DNA from: Thermoplasmatota archaeon
GTDB taxonomy: Archaea > Thermoplasmatota > Thermoplasmata > UBA10834
Direction: 5' to 3'
DNA length: 64,000 bases
NCBI GenBank assembly: GCA_040751795.1
Contig: JBFMHR010000004.1
Span: 32,001-96,000 of the forward strand
The notes under the pieces were generated by a model, which was not told the DNA's origin, made no database searches, and saw only the letters and a program-made list of their open reading frames with translations. A program made the position numbers and the translations under genes. Below are positions 18,568 to 28,028 of this stretch, piece by piece; positions within the stretch are counted from its first letter, which is position 1, and every line of letters begins with the position of its first letter.

Positions 18568-20286
18568 CTACATCTCCTCCGGCGCTTCCATCCCCAGGCA
18601 CGAGAGGGCGTTCCTGAGGGCCCACATGCTCGCCTCGACCAGGGCCAGGCGCGCGGCGAGGGCGTCCCCCTCGGCCTTCAGCACCGGCACGTACCTGTAG
18701 AACTGGTTGAACTGGGCGGCGAGGTCCTGGGCGTACGCCGCCAGGGTGTGCGCGCGCCTGTTCTCGGCGCACTCATCGACCACGGACGGGAAGCCGGCGA
18801 TGAGCTTCGCAAGGGCCTTCTCGTGGTCCGTCGCGAGCCTCCGCGCGTCGAACCCGCCCGTGCGCGCACCCGCCTTCTTCAGTATCGAGCACGCCCGTGC
18901 GTGCGCGTACTGGACGAACGGGGCGCTCGCCCCCTCGAAGTTGAGGGCGTCCTCCCATTTGAAAACGATCTGCTTCTCGGCCTGGATCCTTATGATGTTG
19001 TACCTGAGGGCCCCGACGCCCACGACGCGCGCGATCTCCCTCATCCTCTCCTCGGACAGGTCGGTCCTGCGCTTCCTGACCTCGTCGTACGCCCGGTCCA
19101 CGGCCTCGTCGATGAGGTCGTCGATGTAGACCACCCTCCCCTTGCGGGTGGACATCTTCCCCTCGGGCAGCGACACGAAGGCGTAGAAGACTATCTCGGG
19201 CTTCTTCTCCACGCCCATGATCGTCAGGGCGGCCGCGAGCTCCTGCATCCCCAGCTTCTGGTCCTCGCCGAGGACGTTGATCGCGACGTCCGTCCTGGTG
19301 AACTTGTCCATGTGGTACGCGAGGTCCCTGGTGGTGTAGAGCGATGTGCCGTCCGCCCTGGTGAAGACCCACTTGGTCTCCCTGCCGGTTATGCCGAAGC
19401 TCTCGAGCTCGAGGTGGAACGCCCCGTCGGCCTCCCTGCTGTGCTCCGATTCCTTCAGCCTCTCGATGATGCGGTCCACGGAGCCGTCCTGGACGAACCT
19501 GGACTCCCATGTGAAGCCGTCGTATGAGATGTTGATCCTGCCCATGCTCGCCACTATCGCTGCGAGCACCTTCTCGCAAGACTCCCTCGCGAGCCGGACC
19601 GTCTCCCCGTCCCCGTGCTCGAGCTTGAGGAGCATCTCGTCGACCTGGCCCACTAGTTCCGGGTCCTCCTCGAGGCGCCTGTTGGCCTGCTGGTAGTAGA
19701 GCACGTGCCTGAAGTGGTCCTCGTCCCTCTCCGGCTCCCGGTCCAGCTCGAGGTGCTTGACCCCCCAGGCCATCACGATCACCTGGCGGCCCACGTCGTT
19801 GACGTAGAACTCCGTCGTCACGTCGTAGCCGGCCATCCTGAGTATCCTCGCGATGGTGTCGCCGATGATCGGGTTCCTGGCCCTGCCCACGTGGAGCGGC
19901 CCGGTCGGGTTGGCGCTGGTATGCTCCAGGAGTATCTTGACGCCCTTCGGTTCGCCCGCCCCGAACCTGTCCTTGCGTGCGACGGCGTCCTCGAGCGAGG
20001 CCTGGGCGAGGTCCTCGAACCTCACATGGAAGTTGACGTAGCCGCCCTTGGCCTCTACGCGCTCGACCATGCCCTCGGGGACGATCCTGGCGGCGAGCTC
20101 CTGGGCTATGGCGTTCGGGGCCTTGCGCAGCTGCTTCGCCAGCGGGAAGCAGGGGAACGCGAGGTCGCCCATCCCCTCGGGGGGCCGGTCCAGGGCCGGC
20201 TCCGCCCGGACGCCGAGCTCGGCCAGCGCCCTGGAGAGGGTCTGGGAGGCCTGCGCCCTGAAGGTCTTGAACGGGTCCTGCGCCAT
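18568..20286 (-). CDS. argS: Arginine--tRNA ligase
   Basis: EHTSANPTGPLHVGRARN, KMSTRKG, YAHARACS and C-terminal PEEM. Confidence 0.96.
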   Translation of the reverse strand: MAQDPFKTFRAQASQTLSRALAELGVRAEPALDRPPEGMGDLAFPCFPLAKQLRKAPNAIAQELAARIVPEGMVERVEAKGGYVNFHVRFEDLAQASLEDAVARKDRFGAGEPKGVKILLEHTSANPTGPLHVGRARNPIIGDTIARILRMAGYDVTTEFYVNDVGRQVIVMAWGVKHLELDREPERDEDHFRHVLYYQQANRRLEEDPELVGQVDEMLLKLEHGDGETVRLARESCEKVLAAIVASMGRINISYDGFTWESRFVQDGSVDRIIERLKESEHSREADGAFHLELESFGITGRETKWVFTRADGTSLYTTRDLAYHMDKFTRTDVAINVLGEDQKLGMQELAAALTIMGVEKKPEIVFYAFVSLPEGKMSTRKGRVVYIDDLIDEAVDRAYDEVRKRRTDLSEERMREIARVVGVGALRYNIIRIQAEKQIVFKWEDALNFEGASAPFVQYAHARACSILKKAGARTGGFDARRLATDHEKALAKLIAGFPSVVDECAENRRAHTLAAYAQDLAAQFNQFYRYVPVLKAEGDALAARLALVEASMWALRNALSCLGMEAPEEM

Positions 20287-20290
20287 GTCC

Positions 20291-21514
20291 TCAATTCACC
20301 CTGAAGCGTAGTATGCCTGCGATGCCGCCGAAGGCCTTCTTCAGCAGCTCGCCCTCCTCGGATTCACCTGATATGAATTCAACCTTCGTGTTGTTGTCTT
20401 CGGCGACCTTGTGGAGGTCCCCGACCAGGTCGTGGACCTGCTCTACGTCCATGATCGCCTGGCACTTGTCGCACTTGAACTCCTCGGTCGAGTCCTTGGC
20501 GGTCCCCTCCTTGGTGTAGCCGCACGAGGGGCACTTGAGGTCCAGCTTGACCTTCCTCATGTCCTCGGAGAGGAGGAGCTTGTCCACCGCCCCTATCATG
20601 AGGGCGTCCCTCACCTGCTCCTCTCCGTATATCGAGAGGCCGCCGTCGGGCTTCCTGATCTCCTCGAAGAGCCTCTGCATCAGGTCCTTCTCCCTCATTA
20701 GGTCGATGTCCCTGAGCGCCTCCCTGGCCTTCTCGACCAGCTCCCTGAGCCCGTACTCGTCCGTGTAGCCGACGTCGAAGGTGTCGATGATCAGCTTCTG
20801 GAGCTCGTAGTGGAGGTACTCGCTCTTCACGAAGTACTCCTTGGTCGGGCCCGGCCCACCCACGAGTATCCCCTTCAGGTTCTTCTGGAGGAAGGACTCG
20901 TTGACGAGGTCCGCCACCTTCTTGTAGAACTCGTGGGCTGCGATCTCTATGAGCCTCTCGAACCTGCGCGCCGACTGGCCGCCCCTGCCGTGCTTGCTGG
21001 GGACCAGGGACGGGATGTTCTTGACGGGCTCGATCCGCTTGCCGTGGAGCAGGCCGATGGTGGCCTCGCCCCGGTCGATGACGATGAGGCCGTAGGTGTC
21101 CTTGTGCTCGAGCATCTGCTCGATCGGCTCCGTGAAGAACCCGGAGTCGCATCGGTATATGAAGGTCTGGACCGGCTCCGGCGGCTCGAGCACGTACTGC
21201 ACCATCTGCGTCTGGTCGGCGGAGGTGGACCTGTGGCCGACGAAGAAGACGAGGCCGTTGTCCGGCGGGACCCGAAGCCCCTTGAGCCTCGCGAGTATCG
21301 AGGATATCGCCGACTGCACGTTCTTCCTCGTGCTCGCCGACTTTATGTTCGAGGACTGCGAGTACTCGTTCCTGAGGTAAGCCGCGACATCCGATATCTG
21401 TCTCGCCGGCGGTATGTACAGAGATATGAGCTCCGTGCCCCTCCCGGAGATCTTCCGGACCTCCTCGAGGCTCCGGCGGAACTCGTACTTCTGGAGCTCT
21501 GTGAGATCGGTCAT
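20291..21514 (-). CDS. prf1: Archaeal peptide chain release factor aRF1
   Basis: GTELISLYIP, NIKS, YRCDS, GGQS and FGGIAGILRF motifs. Confidence 0.96.
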   Translation of the reverse strand: MTDLTELQKYEFRRSLEEVRKISGRGTELISLYIPPARQISDVAAYLRNEYSQSSNIKSASTRKNVQSAISSILARLKGLRVPPDNGLVFFVGHRSTSADQTQMVQYVLEPPEPVQTFIYRCDSGFFTEPIEQMLEHKDTYGLIVIDRGEATIGLLHGKRIEPVKNIPSLVPSKHGRGGQSARRFERLIEIAAHEFYKKVADLVNESFLQKNLKGILVGGPGPTKEYFVKSEYLHYELQKLIIDTFDVGYTDEYGLRELVEKAREALRDIDLMREKDLMQRLFEEIRKPDGGLSIYGEEQVRDALMIGAVDKLLLSEDMRKVKLDLKCPSCGYTKEGTAKDSTEEFKCDKCQAIMDVEQVHDLVGDLHKVAEDNNTKVEFISGESEEGELLKKAFGGIAGILRFRVN

Positions 21515-21579
21515 GGTGCAGTCCAGTCCGAAGCTTTTTGTACGGGTTAGAGCGTTCTTCGGTATAAAGGTTGACCACA

Positions 21580-22260
21580 ATGGACGTAGTAGTTTTATCG
21601 CTGGGTGGGTCGGTCCTGGTGAAGGACGAGGACCCGTCCGCGTACCTGGAGGAGCTCGCGAAGATGCTCGTGGAGGTGTCGTCCGCGACGAAGGTCTACG
21701 TGGTCACAGGCGGCGGCAGGATCGCGCGGTTCTACATCAGGGCGGGGAGGGCGCTCGGCGCCACGGAGCAGTACCTCGACCTGATGGGGATAGACGCGAC
21801 CCGCCTGAACGCGAGGCTCGTGATAGCGGCGCTGAAGGGCCTCGCGTGCCCCGAGCCCCCGAAGGACTACGACGAGGCGGTCCGCGCGGGCGCCTCCCAC
21901 CAGATAGTGGTCATGGGCGGCGTGACACCCGGCGTGACGACGGACGCGGTCTCGGCCAGGCTCGCCGAGAGGGTGAGGGCGACCAGGCTGGTCAACGCCA
22001 CCTCGGTGGACGGGGCGTACACCGCCGACCCGAAGAAGGACGTGTGCGCGAAGAGGATCCCACGGATGTCGCACGAGGAGCTGGTCAGGCTGGTCAGCGG
22101 GACGGCGAAGGGGGCCGGCCCCACGACCGTCTTCGACCCGGTCGGGGCGGAGGTCCTCGCCAGGACGCGGATCCCGCTGGTGATCGTCGACGGGCGCAGC
22201 ATGAAGAACCTGGGACTGGCCCTTGAGGGCAGGGAGTGCGTCGGGACAGTCGTCGGCTGA
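21580..22260 (+). CDS. pyrH: UMP kinase
   Basis: SLGGS, GGGRIAR, PGVTTDAV and VDGAYTADP motifs. Confidence 0.93.
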   Translation: MDVVVLSLGGSVLVKDEDPSAYLEELAKMLVEVSSATKVYVVTGGGRIARFYIRAGRALGATEQYLDLMGIDATRLNARLVIAALKGLACPEPPKDYDEAVRAGASHQIVVMGGVTPGVTTDAVSARLAERVRATRLVNATSVDGAYTADPKKDVCAKRIPRMSHEELVRLVSGTAKGAGPTTVFDPVGAEVLARTRIPLVIVDGRSMKNLGLALEGRECVGTVVG

Positions 22261-22265
22261 ACCGG

Positions 22266-23093
22266 TCACAGCGGCTCGAGGTCCTCGCTCCTGATCTCCT
22301 CTATGCCGAGGGACGAGAACCTCTCGCTGAGATCCCTGTGCTTCGGCTTGGGCATGCTCTTCTTGTGGAAGTAGACGAGATTCGCGCCGCCGCTCCTCTC
22401 GGACATCTGGACGATCATCTCGTCGGTGAGGGAGTCGAGCGCGTAGTTCGCGGCCATGTGGCCGATGGACGCCTTCCTGCCGAGGGCGATGTCCGTGAAA
22501 CGGGGCGCGTAGTGGCCCCCGCCTACGCCGAGCACCTTCGGGTGCCCTTCGTCCTTGACGGACAGTATCGACGAGGCGATCGCCTCGGCCGCGTCCTCCC
22601 TACCCCAGAGCTCCTCGTAGCTCCCGATCTCGATGTAGAAGACAGGGGCACCGAGGACCGGCCCGTGGTGCGTCGTCTCGAACGACACGTTGAACCCCAT
22701 CCCCTGCGCGTTGACGGCCAGGCTCCTCAGCGCGGAGGTCATGAGCCCCGGATTGGCCGGGCTCAGGGTCGATGGCCGGCCGCCGAAGTCCGCGGATGAG
22801 TAGTTGCCCACAGGGTGCACGGTCAGGGTCGGTATCCGCGACTCGGCCCTGTGCCTCGACGCGAAGATGACCACTTCCGGCCTCGTCCCTGAGGCCTTCT
22901 CGAACCTCTCGTCGATGAAGTCCTCGTCGAGGTGTATGCGGTCCACCTGGACCATCCGGAAGTCGCCGTGCGCCAGGACCGGGTGTGAGTCGAACGTCCC
23001 CGACTCCGTCCACGGTTCCTTCTCGAGGAGCCTCGCACGGATGTTCATGGAGGCGTTGTCCTCGGAGGAGGTGACTATCAGCTTCACGGACAC
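22266..23093 (-). CDS. dtdA: Archaeal D-aminoacyl-tRNA deacylase
   Basis: DNASMNI, SRH, LTVHPVGN, ETTHHGP, EIGS and GGGHYAP motifs. Confidence 0.92.
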   Translation of the reverse strand: MSVKLIVTSSEDNASMNIRARLLEKEPWTESGTFDSHPVLAHGDFRMVQVDRIHLDEDFIDERFEKASGTRPEVVIFASRHRAESRIPTLTVHPVGNYSSADFGGRPSTLSPANPGLMTSALRSLAVNAQGMGFNVSFETTHHGPVLGAPVFYIEIGSYEELWGREDAAEAIASSILSVKDEGHPKVLGVGGGHYAPRFTDIALGRKASIGHMAANYALDSLTDEMIVQMSERSGGANLVYFHKKSMPKPKHRDLSERFSSLGIEEIRSEDLEPL

Positions 23094-23175
23094 CGAACCG
23101 TCGAGGGGGCTGTTAACCCTTTCACCTCCGCCCTGTCGGAAATGCCTTATACCCATACCCGTCTTGTCAGAGGCG

Positions 23176-24102
23176 ATGCCAGGGCCCCTCACGACCACGA
23201 CGATAGGCAGCCTCCCGAGGTACTCGGAGGACATCGGCGAGGCGCTCGGGAAGGCGGTCGAGTTCCAGAGAGCCATGGGCCTCGACCTGCTCACGGACGG
23301 CGAGCAGAGGACCGACATGATCACCTACTTCGCCGAGGCGTTCGAGGGCCTGCAGGTGAGGGGCGGATTCCCCGTCGTGACGGGGAGGATCGGCCTCAGG
23401 GGCGCCCCTGACGAGTTCACCAAGGTGAAGGACCTGGACCTCTTCAGGAGGAGGTTCCCGGACATCGCGCCGAAGGTCGCGATCACAGGCCCGACCACCC
23501 TGGGCATGACCTGCGCCTCGAGGAAGGTCGAGTCGCACTACAGGGGCCTCTCCGACTTCTCCCTCTACCAGGACAGCGCCGCGGCCCTCGCGCCCATCGC
23601 GAAGGCGCTCGTCGACCGGGGGGCGCACGTGCAGATAGACGAGCCCTTCCTCTCGCAGGGGTTCAAGGACCTCCCAGAGAGGGTCGCCCTGCTGGACGAG
23701 GTCGCGCGCGGGCTTCCGAGGGAGCGCGTGAGCGTGCACGTGTGCGGGTTCATAGGGCGGTTCGGCGTCGTCGGACACCTCCTGCGGCTCCGGGACGTCT
23801 CCACGCTCAGCTTCGCCTTCGCCGGGAGGCTCGAGGAGCCCAACATAGGGCATGTCGAGAGGCAGGCCTTCGAGCGGCACGGGAAGAGGCTCGGGGCGGG
23901 GTGCATATCCGTCACCCCGATGTCCGAGGCCGAGGTCCACACCCCGGAGCAGGTCCGCTCGAAGCTCGCGGACATTTCCGGCAGGGTGGGAAGGGAGAAC
24001 GTCGCCTACGCTCACCCGGACTGTGGTTTGAGGGCAACCAAGAAGGAGCTCGTGCCCATAATCTTGAGGAACATGCGCGCCGGGGTCGACCTTCTCGGCT
24101 GA
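23176..24102 (+). CDS. Short (single-barrel) cobalamin-independent methionine-synthase-like protein
   Basis: TTTIGSLPR, TDGEQR, ITGPTT, QIDEP, HVC and PDCGL motifs; ~308 aa with no N-terminal folate barrel. Confidence 0.8.
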   Translation: MPGPLTTTTIGSLPRYSEDIGEALGKAVEFQRAMGLDLLTDGEQRTDMITYFAEAFEGLQVRGGFPVVTGRIGLRGAPDEFTKVKDLDLFRRRFPDIAPKVAITGPTTLGMTCASRKVESHYRGLSDFSLYQDSAAALAPIAKALVDRGAHVQIDEPFLSQGFKDLPERVALLDEVARGLPRERVSVHVCGFIGRFGVVGHLLRLRDVSTLSFAFAGRLEEPNIGHVERQAFERHGKRLGAGCISVTPMSEAEVHTPEQVRSKLADISGRVGRENVAYAHPDCGLRATKKELVPIILRNMRAGVDLLG

Positions 24103-24123
24103 GCCCGGCAAGAGGCAGATCGC

Positions 24124-25440
24124 TTGAGTCAGAGTCTGTTGGACGAGGCAGCGGCCAGGAGGAACGTCAACTACCTGGCCGGGCTCGACTTCATCATAAG
24201 CCTGGGCTTCGGCCTCATAATGCCGATGTTCCCCCTGTACACGTCGCTCCTCGAGGGCGGGGACACGGACGTCGGCCTCGAGATCGGGATACTGTTCTCG
24301 TCGTTCGTGTTCACGAGGGCGGTGATGGCCACCCCGTTCGGCAACCTCTCCGACAGGCTGGGGAGGAAGAGGATCATCCTCGCGGGGAGCTTCCTGTACG
24401 CGTTCCTGGCGGTCCTGTTCACCGTGCCGGACAGCTGGCTCGGCCTGGTCTTCGTCCGGGGGCTGCAGGGGGTCGCGAGCGCGATGGTCTGGCCGGTGAG
24501 CGAGGCCCTCGTCATAGACTCGAGCCCCGTGAAGATGCGCGGCGCCTCGATAGGGAAGATAGTGATGGCCGCGAACCTGGGGATGGTCGTGGGGCCGTTC
24601 ATAGGGGCGGCGCTGTTCTCCATGGCTCAGAACGTCCTCGGCCTGTCCCTGATGGACAGCTACAAGTTCCCCTTCTACTTCACGGCGCTCCTCTCCCTCG
24701 GGGGCGCCGTCCTCGTGTGGGCGAACGTCACCGACGCCATCGCGCCGTCCAGGGCGAAGTCGAAGATGAGCATCAGGAGCCTCCTCCACCCGGAGGGCAT
24801 GGACAGGCAGGGCGCGAGGAACCTGAGGATACTCTACGCGAACGCCCTCATGGAGGGCTTCGCCTTCGCTAGCGTGGGCCCGCTCCTCGCGCTCTTCCTC
24901 GTCCTGGAGTACCCCGACCTCGCCCAGGACAGCATATCGACGATAATCGGCGTCGCTATGGGGGTCGGCGCCCTGGCGGCCTTCCCCTCGGGGAGGCTCT
25001 CGGACAAGGTCGGCCGGAAGAGCATATTCGTGGTATCGGGCTACATAGCGTTCGCGGGCGTGGTGCTCATCCCGTTCGCATGGACCCTCGCGATACTCAT
25101 AGCCTTCATGGCCATGCGGTCCTTCGCCTGGCAGGTCTCCAGCCCCGCGCTGAGGGCGCTCCAGGCCGACACCGTCCCGGAGAACGTGCGCGGGCGGCTG
25201 ATAGGCACCCTCGAGTCGATGTCCAACCTCGGCTCGATGATAGGCGCGCCACTGGGCGGCGTGATGCTCGACCACTTCTACGACGTGGACTTGGGCCTCG
25301 GGCACGTGCTCGACGGCTCGGCCATACCGTTCATCCTGGCCGGAGGGATAGGCATGTTCACGATCTCGCTGGTGATGGTCTACGTGAAGGAGCGCGTCGC
25401 CTCCGCCAGCGTGCCGGCGGAGCCCGAGGTCATCCCGTGA
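24124..25440 (+). CDS. MFS transporter
   Basis: GNLSDRLGRK and GRLSDKVGRK motif A; about 12 hydrophobic segments. Confidence 0.9.
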   Translation: MSQSLLDEAAARRNVNYLAGLDFIISLGFGLIMPMFPLYTSLLEGGDTDVGLEIGILFSSFVFTRAVMATPFGNLSDRLGRKRIILAGSFLYAFLAVLFTVPDSWLGLVFVRGLQGVASAMVWPVSEALVIDSSPVKMRGASIGKIVMAANLGMVVGPFIGAALFSMAQNVLGLSLMDSYKFPFYFTALLSLGGAVLVWANVTDAIAPSRAKSKMSIRSLLHPEGMDRQGARNLRILYANALMEGFAFASVGPLLALFLVLEYPDLAQDSISTIIGVAMGVGALAAFPSGRLSDKVGRKSIFVVSGYIAFAGVVLIPFAWTLAILIAFMAMRSFAWQVSSPALRALQADTVPENVRGRLIGTLESMSNLGSMIGAPLGGVMLDHFYDVDLGLGHVLDGSAIPFILAGGIGMFTISLVMVYVKERVASASVPAEPEVIP

Positions 25441-25508
25441 CGCACATGCGTGTTGCTGTTGCATGTGGTGGTTGGGTTTAAATAACCGCATCTCGGATTC
25501 TTCGGGGC

Positions 25509-27950
25509 ATGGGTGGAACTCTAACCGTCTCGGAACGGATCCTCTACCATCTCAGCAGCTACGTGAAGCACGAGGACAAGTTCGAGGTCCCCTTCGACGT
25601 GACCCAGGACGGCATCTCCCAGGCGATATCGATATCGAGGGCGCACGCCGCGATCGAGCTCAAGAAGCTCAGGTCGTCGGGCGCCATCGAGGAGCGACTG
25701 TCGCACGTGAGGAAGGGGAAGGCCCGGCGCAAGGCCTACTTCCTCACCGCCCAGGGCAAGGCCTCCGCCGCGACTGTGGTGAGGTACGTCAAGGACAACG
25801 GCATAGACCCCATGGTGGACCCGTCCAAGGTGTCCCCCGAGGTGGTCGCAGCGGCGGGGAGGGCCCGCTCCTCTAGGAGGTCGTCCCCGATCCCCCCCAC
25901 GAGGGAGTTCCACGGCAGGGAGAGGGAGCTGTCCTCGCTGAGGAAGGCCATGGACTCCCCGTCGGTCAAGGTCGTGTCCATCACCGGCATCGCAGGCATC
26001 GGCAAGACGTCGCTCGCCTCCAGGCTCGCGTCCGGGCTCTCGGACCAGAGGGTCTTCTGGTACACCGCCAAGCCGTGGGACGTCCCCAGGACCGCGACCG
26101 AGTCCCTCGCGAGGTTCTTCCTGGACAACGGCTGCAAGAGGCTCCACTCCTACCTCTCGTCGGACCGCGTCGAGCTCGGCGAGCTCAGCGTCCTCCTGGA
26201 CGAGGAGCTCTCGGAGAACGGCTACACGTTCGTCTTCGACGACGCGGACTGCGCGGAGGGCCTCCAGGACCTCCTGCGGATGTTCAGGCACAGCAGCGGG
26301 GCCGCGAAGATGGTCGTGACGGCGGAGAACGTGCCCCGCTTCTACGACCGGTCGGACGTGGTCGCGAGGAGCGAGGTCTTCGAGCTGGAGCTCGGCGGCC
26401 TCGACCGCGCGTCCGCCGCCAAGGTGCTGGCGTCCAGGGGCATCACCGGGGAGTCGGCCGAGAAGCTGGTGGCGCTGACCAAGGGGCACCCGCTCTCGCT
26501 CGAGATGATCACGGTCTCGGGGCTGAGCGAGGCGAGGACGCAGGTCGCGCGGTTCCTCGAGGACAAGTTCTACTCCGGCCTCTCCGAATCGGAGAAGTCC
26601 CTCCTGCAGCTCGCATCCGTCTTCAACAAGCCGTTCCCCTCCGAGGCGATACCCAGGGACCTTCGGGGGTCCCGCAAGGGCTCGATGCTCAGGGAGGTCG
26701 CCAGGGGGAGGTTCGAGATCCACTCGTCCCTCAGGGAGTTCGTGTACGACTCCATGACGGCCGAGGAGCGGTCCAGGTGGCACAGCGCGGCCGCGGACCA
26801 CTACCTGCGCGAGGGGGACCACGCCGAGAGGCTCTACCACCTCATCAAGGCGAACAGGTCGCTCGAGGCCGAGATGGCCGTCGCGCGGTACGGCGACTCC
26901 CTCTTGGACCAGGCGAACGTCCAGAGGGTCTGGGGCGTACTGAGGGACTACTCCCCGGGGAAGGAGAGGTACTCCAGGGGCGTCCTGCTGCTCAAGGCCA
27001 AGGCCGCGAGCATGGTGGGCGACTACGCCTCGTCGATGCGCAGCCTAGAGCCCCTGTCGGGGGACCCGCAGGCGGCGGTGAGGTCCGAGGCGCTGACCGA
27101 GATGGGCAAGGTGCTCAGCAAGCAGGGGAGGCTGGAGGAGGCCTCCTCCCTGTTCGCCCGCGCCCTCGAGGGCTGCGCCGACCAGCCGGGGACCAGGTCC
27201 AAGGCCCTGCGCGGGCTCGGCGTCGTCGAGAACAAGCTCGGGAACCACAGGAGGGCCCAGGAGCTCCTCGAGGAGAGCGCCAGGGACGCCATGGCGGCCA
27301 TGGACACGAGGGGCATGCTCCTCGCGCACCTCGAGCTGGGCAACGTGTTCATCGGGCGCGGGCTGTACGAGGAGGCGATATCCCACTTCTCCAAGTGCGC
27401 GGCCGGGTTCGGCCCGGTCGACCTCGCGAACGTGCTCACCAACATGGGGATCGCCTGCGCCCACCTCGGCCGCACGGGGGAGGCGAGGGCCCACCTCGAG
27501 AACGCGGTCAGGCTGGCCGACGAGACGGGCCAGCCGAGGGCCAGGGCCTACGCGCAGACATCCCTCGCGGAGATCCTCGTGCGCTCGGGGGAGCTGGAGG
27601 CGGCGAAGGAGAGCTGCTTCGGAGCCATCGAGGTCCTCGGCGGGCTGGACGACAGGGTGGGCGCGTCGGCCGCGTACGCGAACCTCGGCATGGCGGAGCG
27701 GGCGTCCGGCGACCTCGGCGCCGCGGAGGGGCACCTCAGGGAGAGCATATCCATGCTCGCCGGCGTCAGCGTCCCCCGCAGCCTCGGCGCGAGGAAGATG
27801 GAGCTCGCCTCGCTGCTCCTGGAGAAGGGCGGGCGCGCGGAGGCCCGGTCCCTGTACGATGAGTGCTGCCAGCACTTCAGGGAGGCGGGGTCGGACGACC
27901 TCCTCGCCCGCGCCGAGGGAGGCCTCAGGTCGGCCGCGGGAGGCCGATAG
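25509..27950 (+). CDS. wHTH + STAND-type P-loop NTPase + TPR-repeat protein
   Basis: N-terminal HTH (TQDGISQAISISRAHAAIELKKL...YFLTAQG); FHGREREL; Walker A GIAGIGKT; Walker B FVFDD; GHPL; C-terminal TPR-like repeats. Confidence 0.8.
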   Translation: MGGTLTVSERILYHLSSYVKHEDKFEVPFDVTQDGISQAISISRAHAAIELKKLRSSGAIEERLSHVRKGKARRKAYFLTAQGKASAATVVRYVKDNGIDPMVDPSKVSPEVVAAAGRARSSRRSSPIPPTREFHGRERELSSLRKAMDSPSVKVVSITGIAGIGKTSLASRLASGLSDQRVFWYTAKPWDVPRTATESLARFFLDNGCKRLHSYLSSDRVELGELSVLLDEELSENGYTFVFDDADCAEGLQDLLRMFRHSSGAAKMVVTAENVPRFYDRSDVVARSEVFELELGGLDRASAAKVLASRGITGESAEKLVALTKGHPLSLEMITVSGLSEARTQVARFLEDKFYSGLSESEKSLLQLASVFNKPFPSEAIPRDLRGSRKGSMLREVARGRFEIHSSLREFVYDSMTAEERSRWHSAAADHYLREGDHAERLYHLIKANRSLEAEMAVARYGDSLLDQANVQRVWGVLRDYSPGKERYSRGVLLLKAKAASMVGDYASSMRSLEPLSGDPQAAVRSEALTEMGKVLSKQGRLEEASSLFARALEGCADQPGTRSKALRGLGVVENKLGNHRRAQELLEESARDAMAAMDTRGMLLAHLELGNVFIGRGLYEEAISHFSKCAAGFGPVDLANVLTNMGIACAHLGRTGEARAHLENAVRLADETGQPRARAYAQTSLAEILVRSGELEAAKESCFGAIEVLGGLDDRVGASAAYANLGMAERASGDLGAAEGHLRESISMLAGVSVPRSLGARKMELASLLLEKGGRAEARSLYDECCQHFREAGSDDLLARAEGGLRSAAGGR

Positions 27951-28028
27951 GGCCCTGAGCCGACGACCAGCGACGTCCACAAGTGACCGACATGTTGAAG
28001 AGCGCCGTCCGCGCCTCAGGTGCCTACC

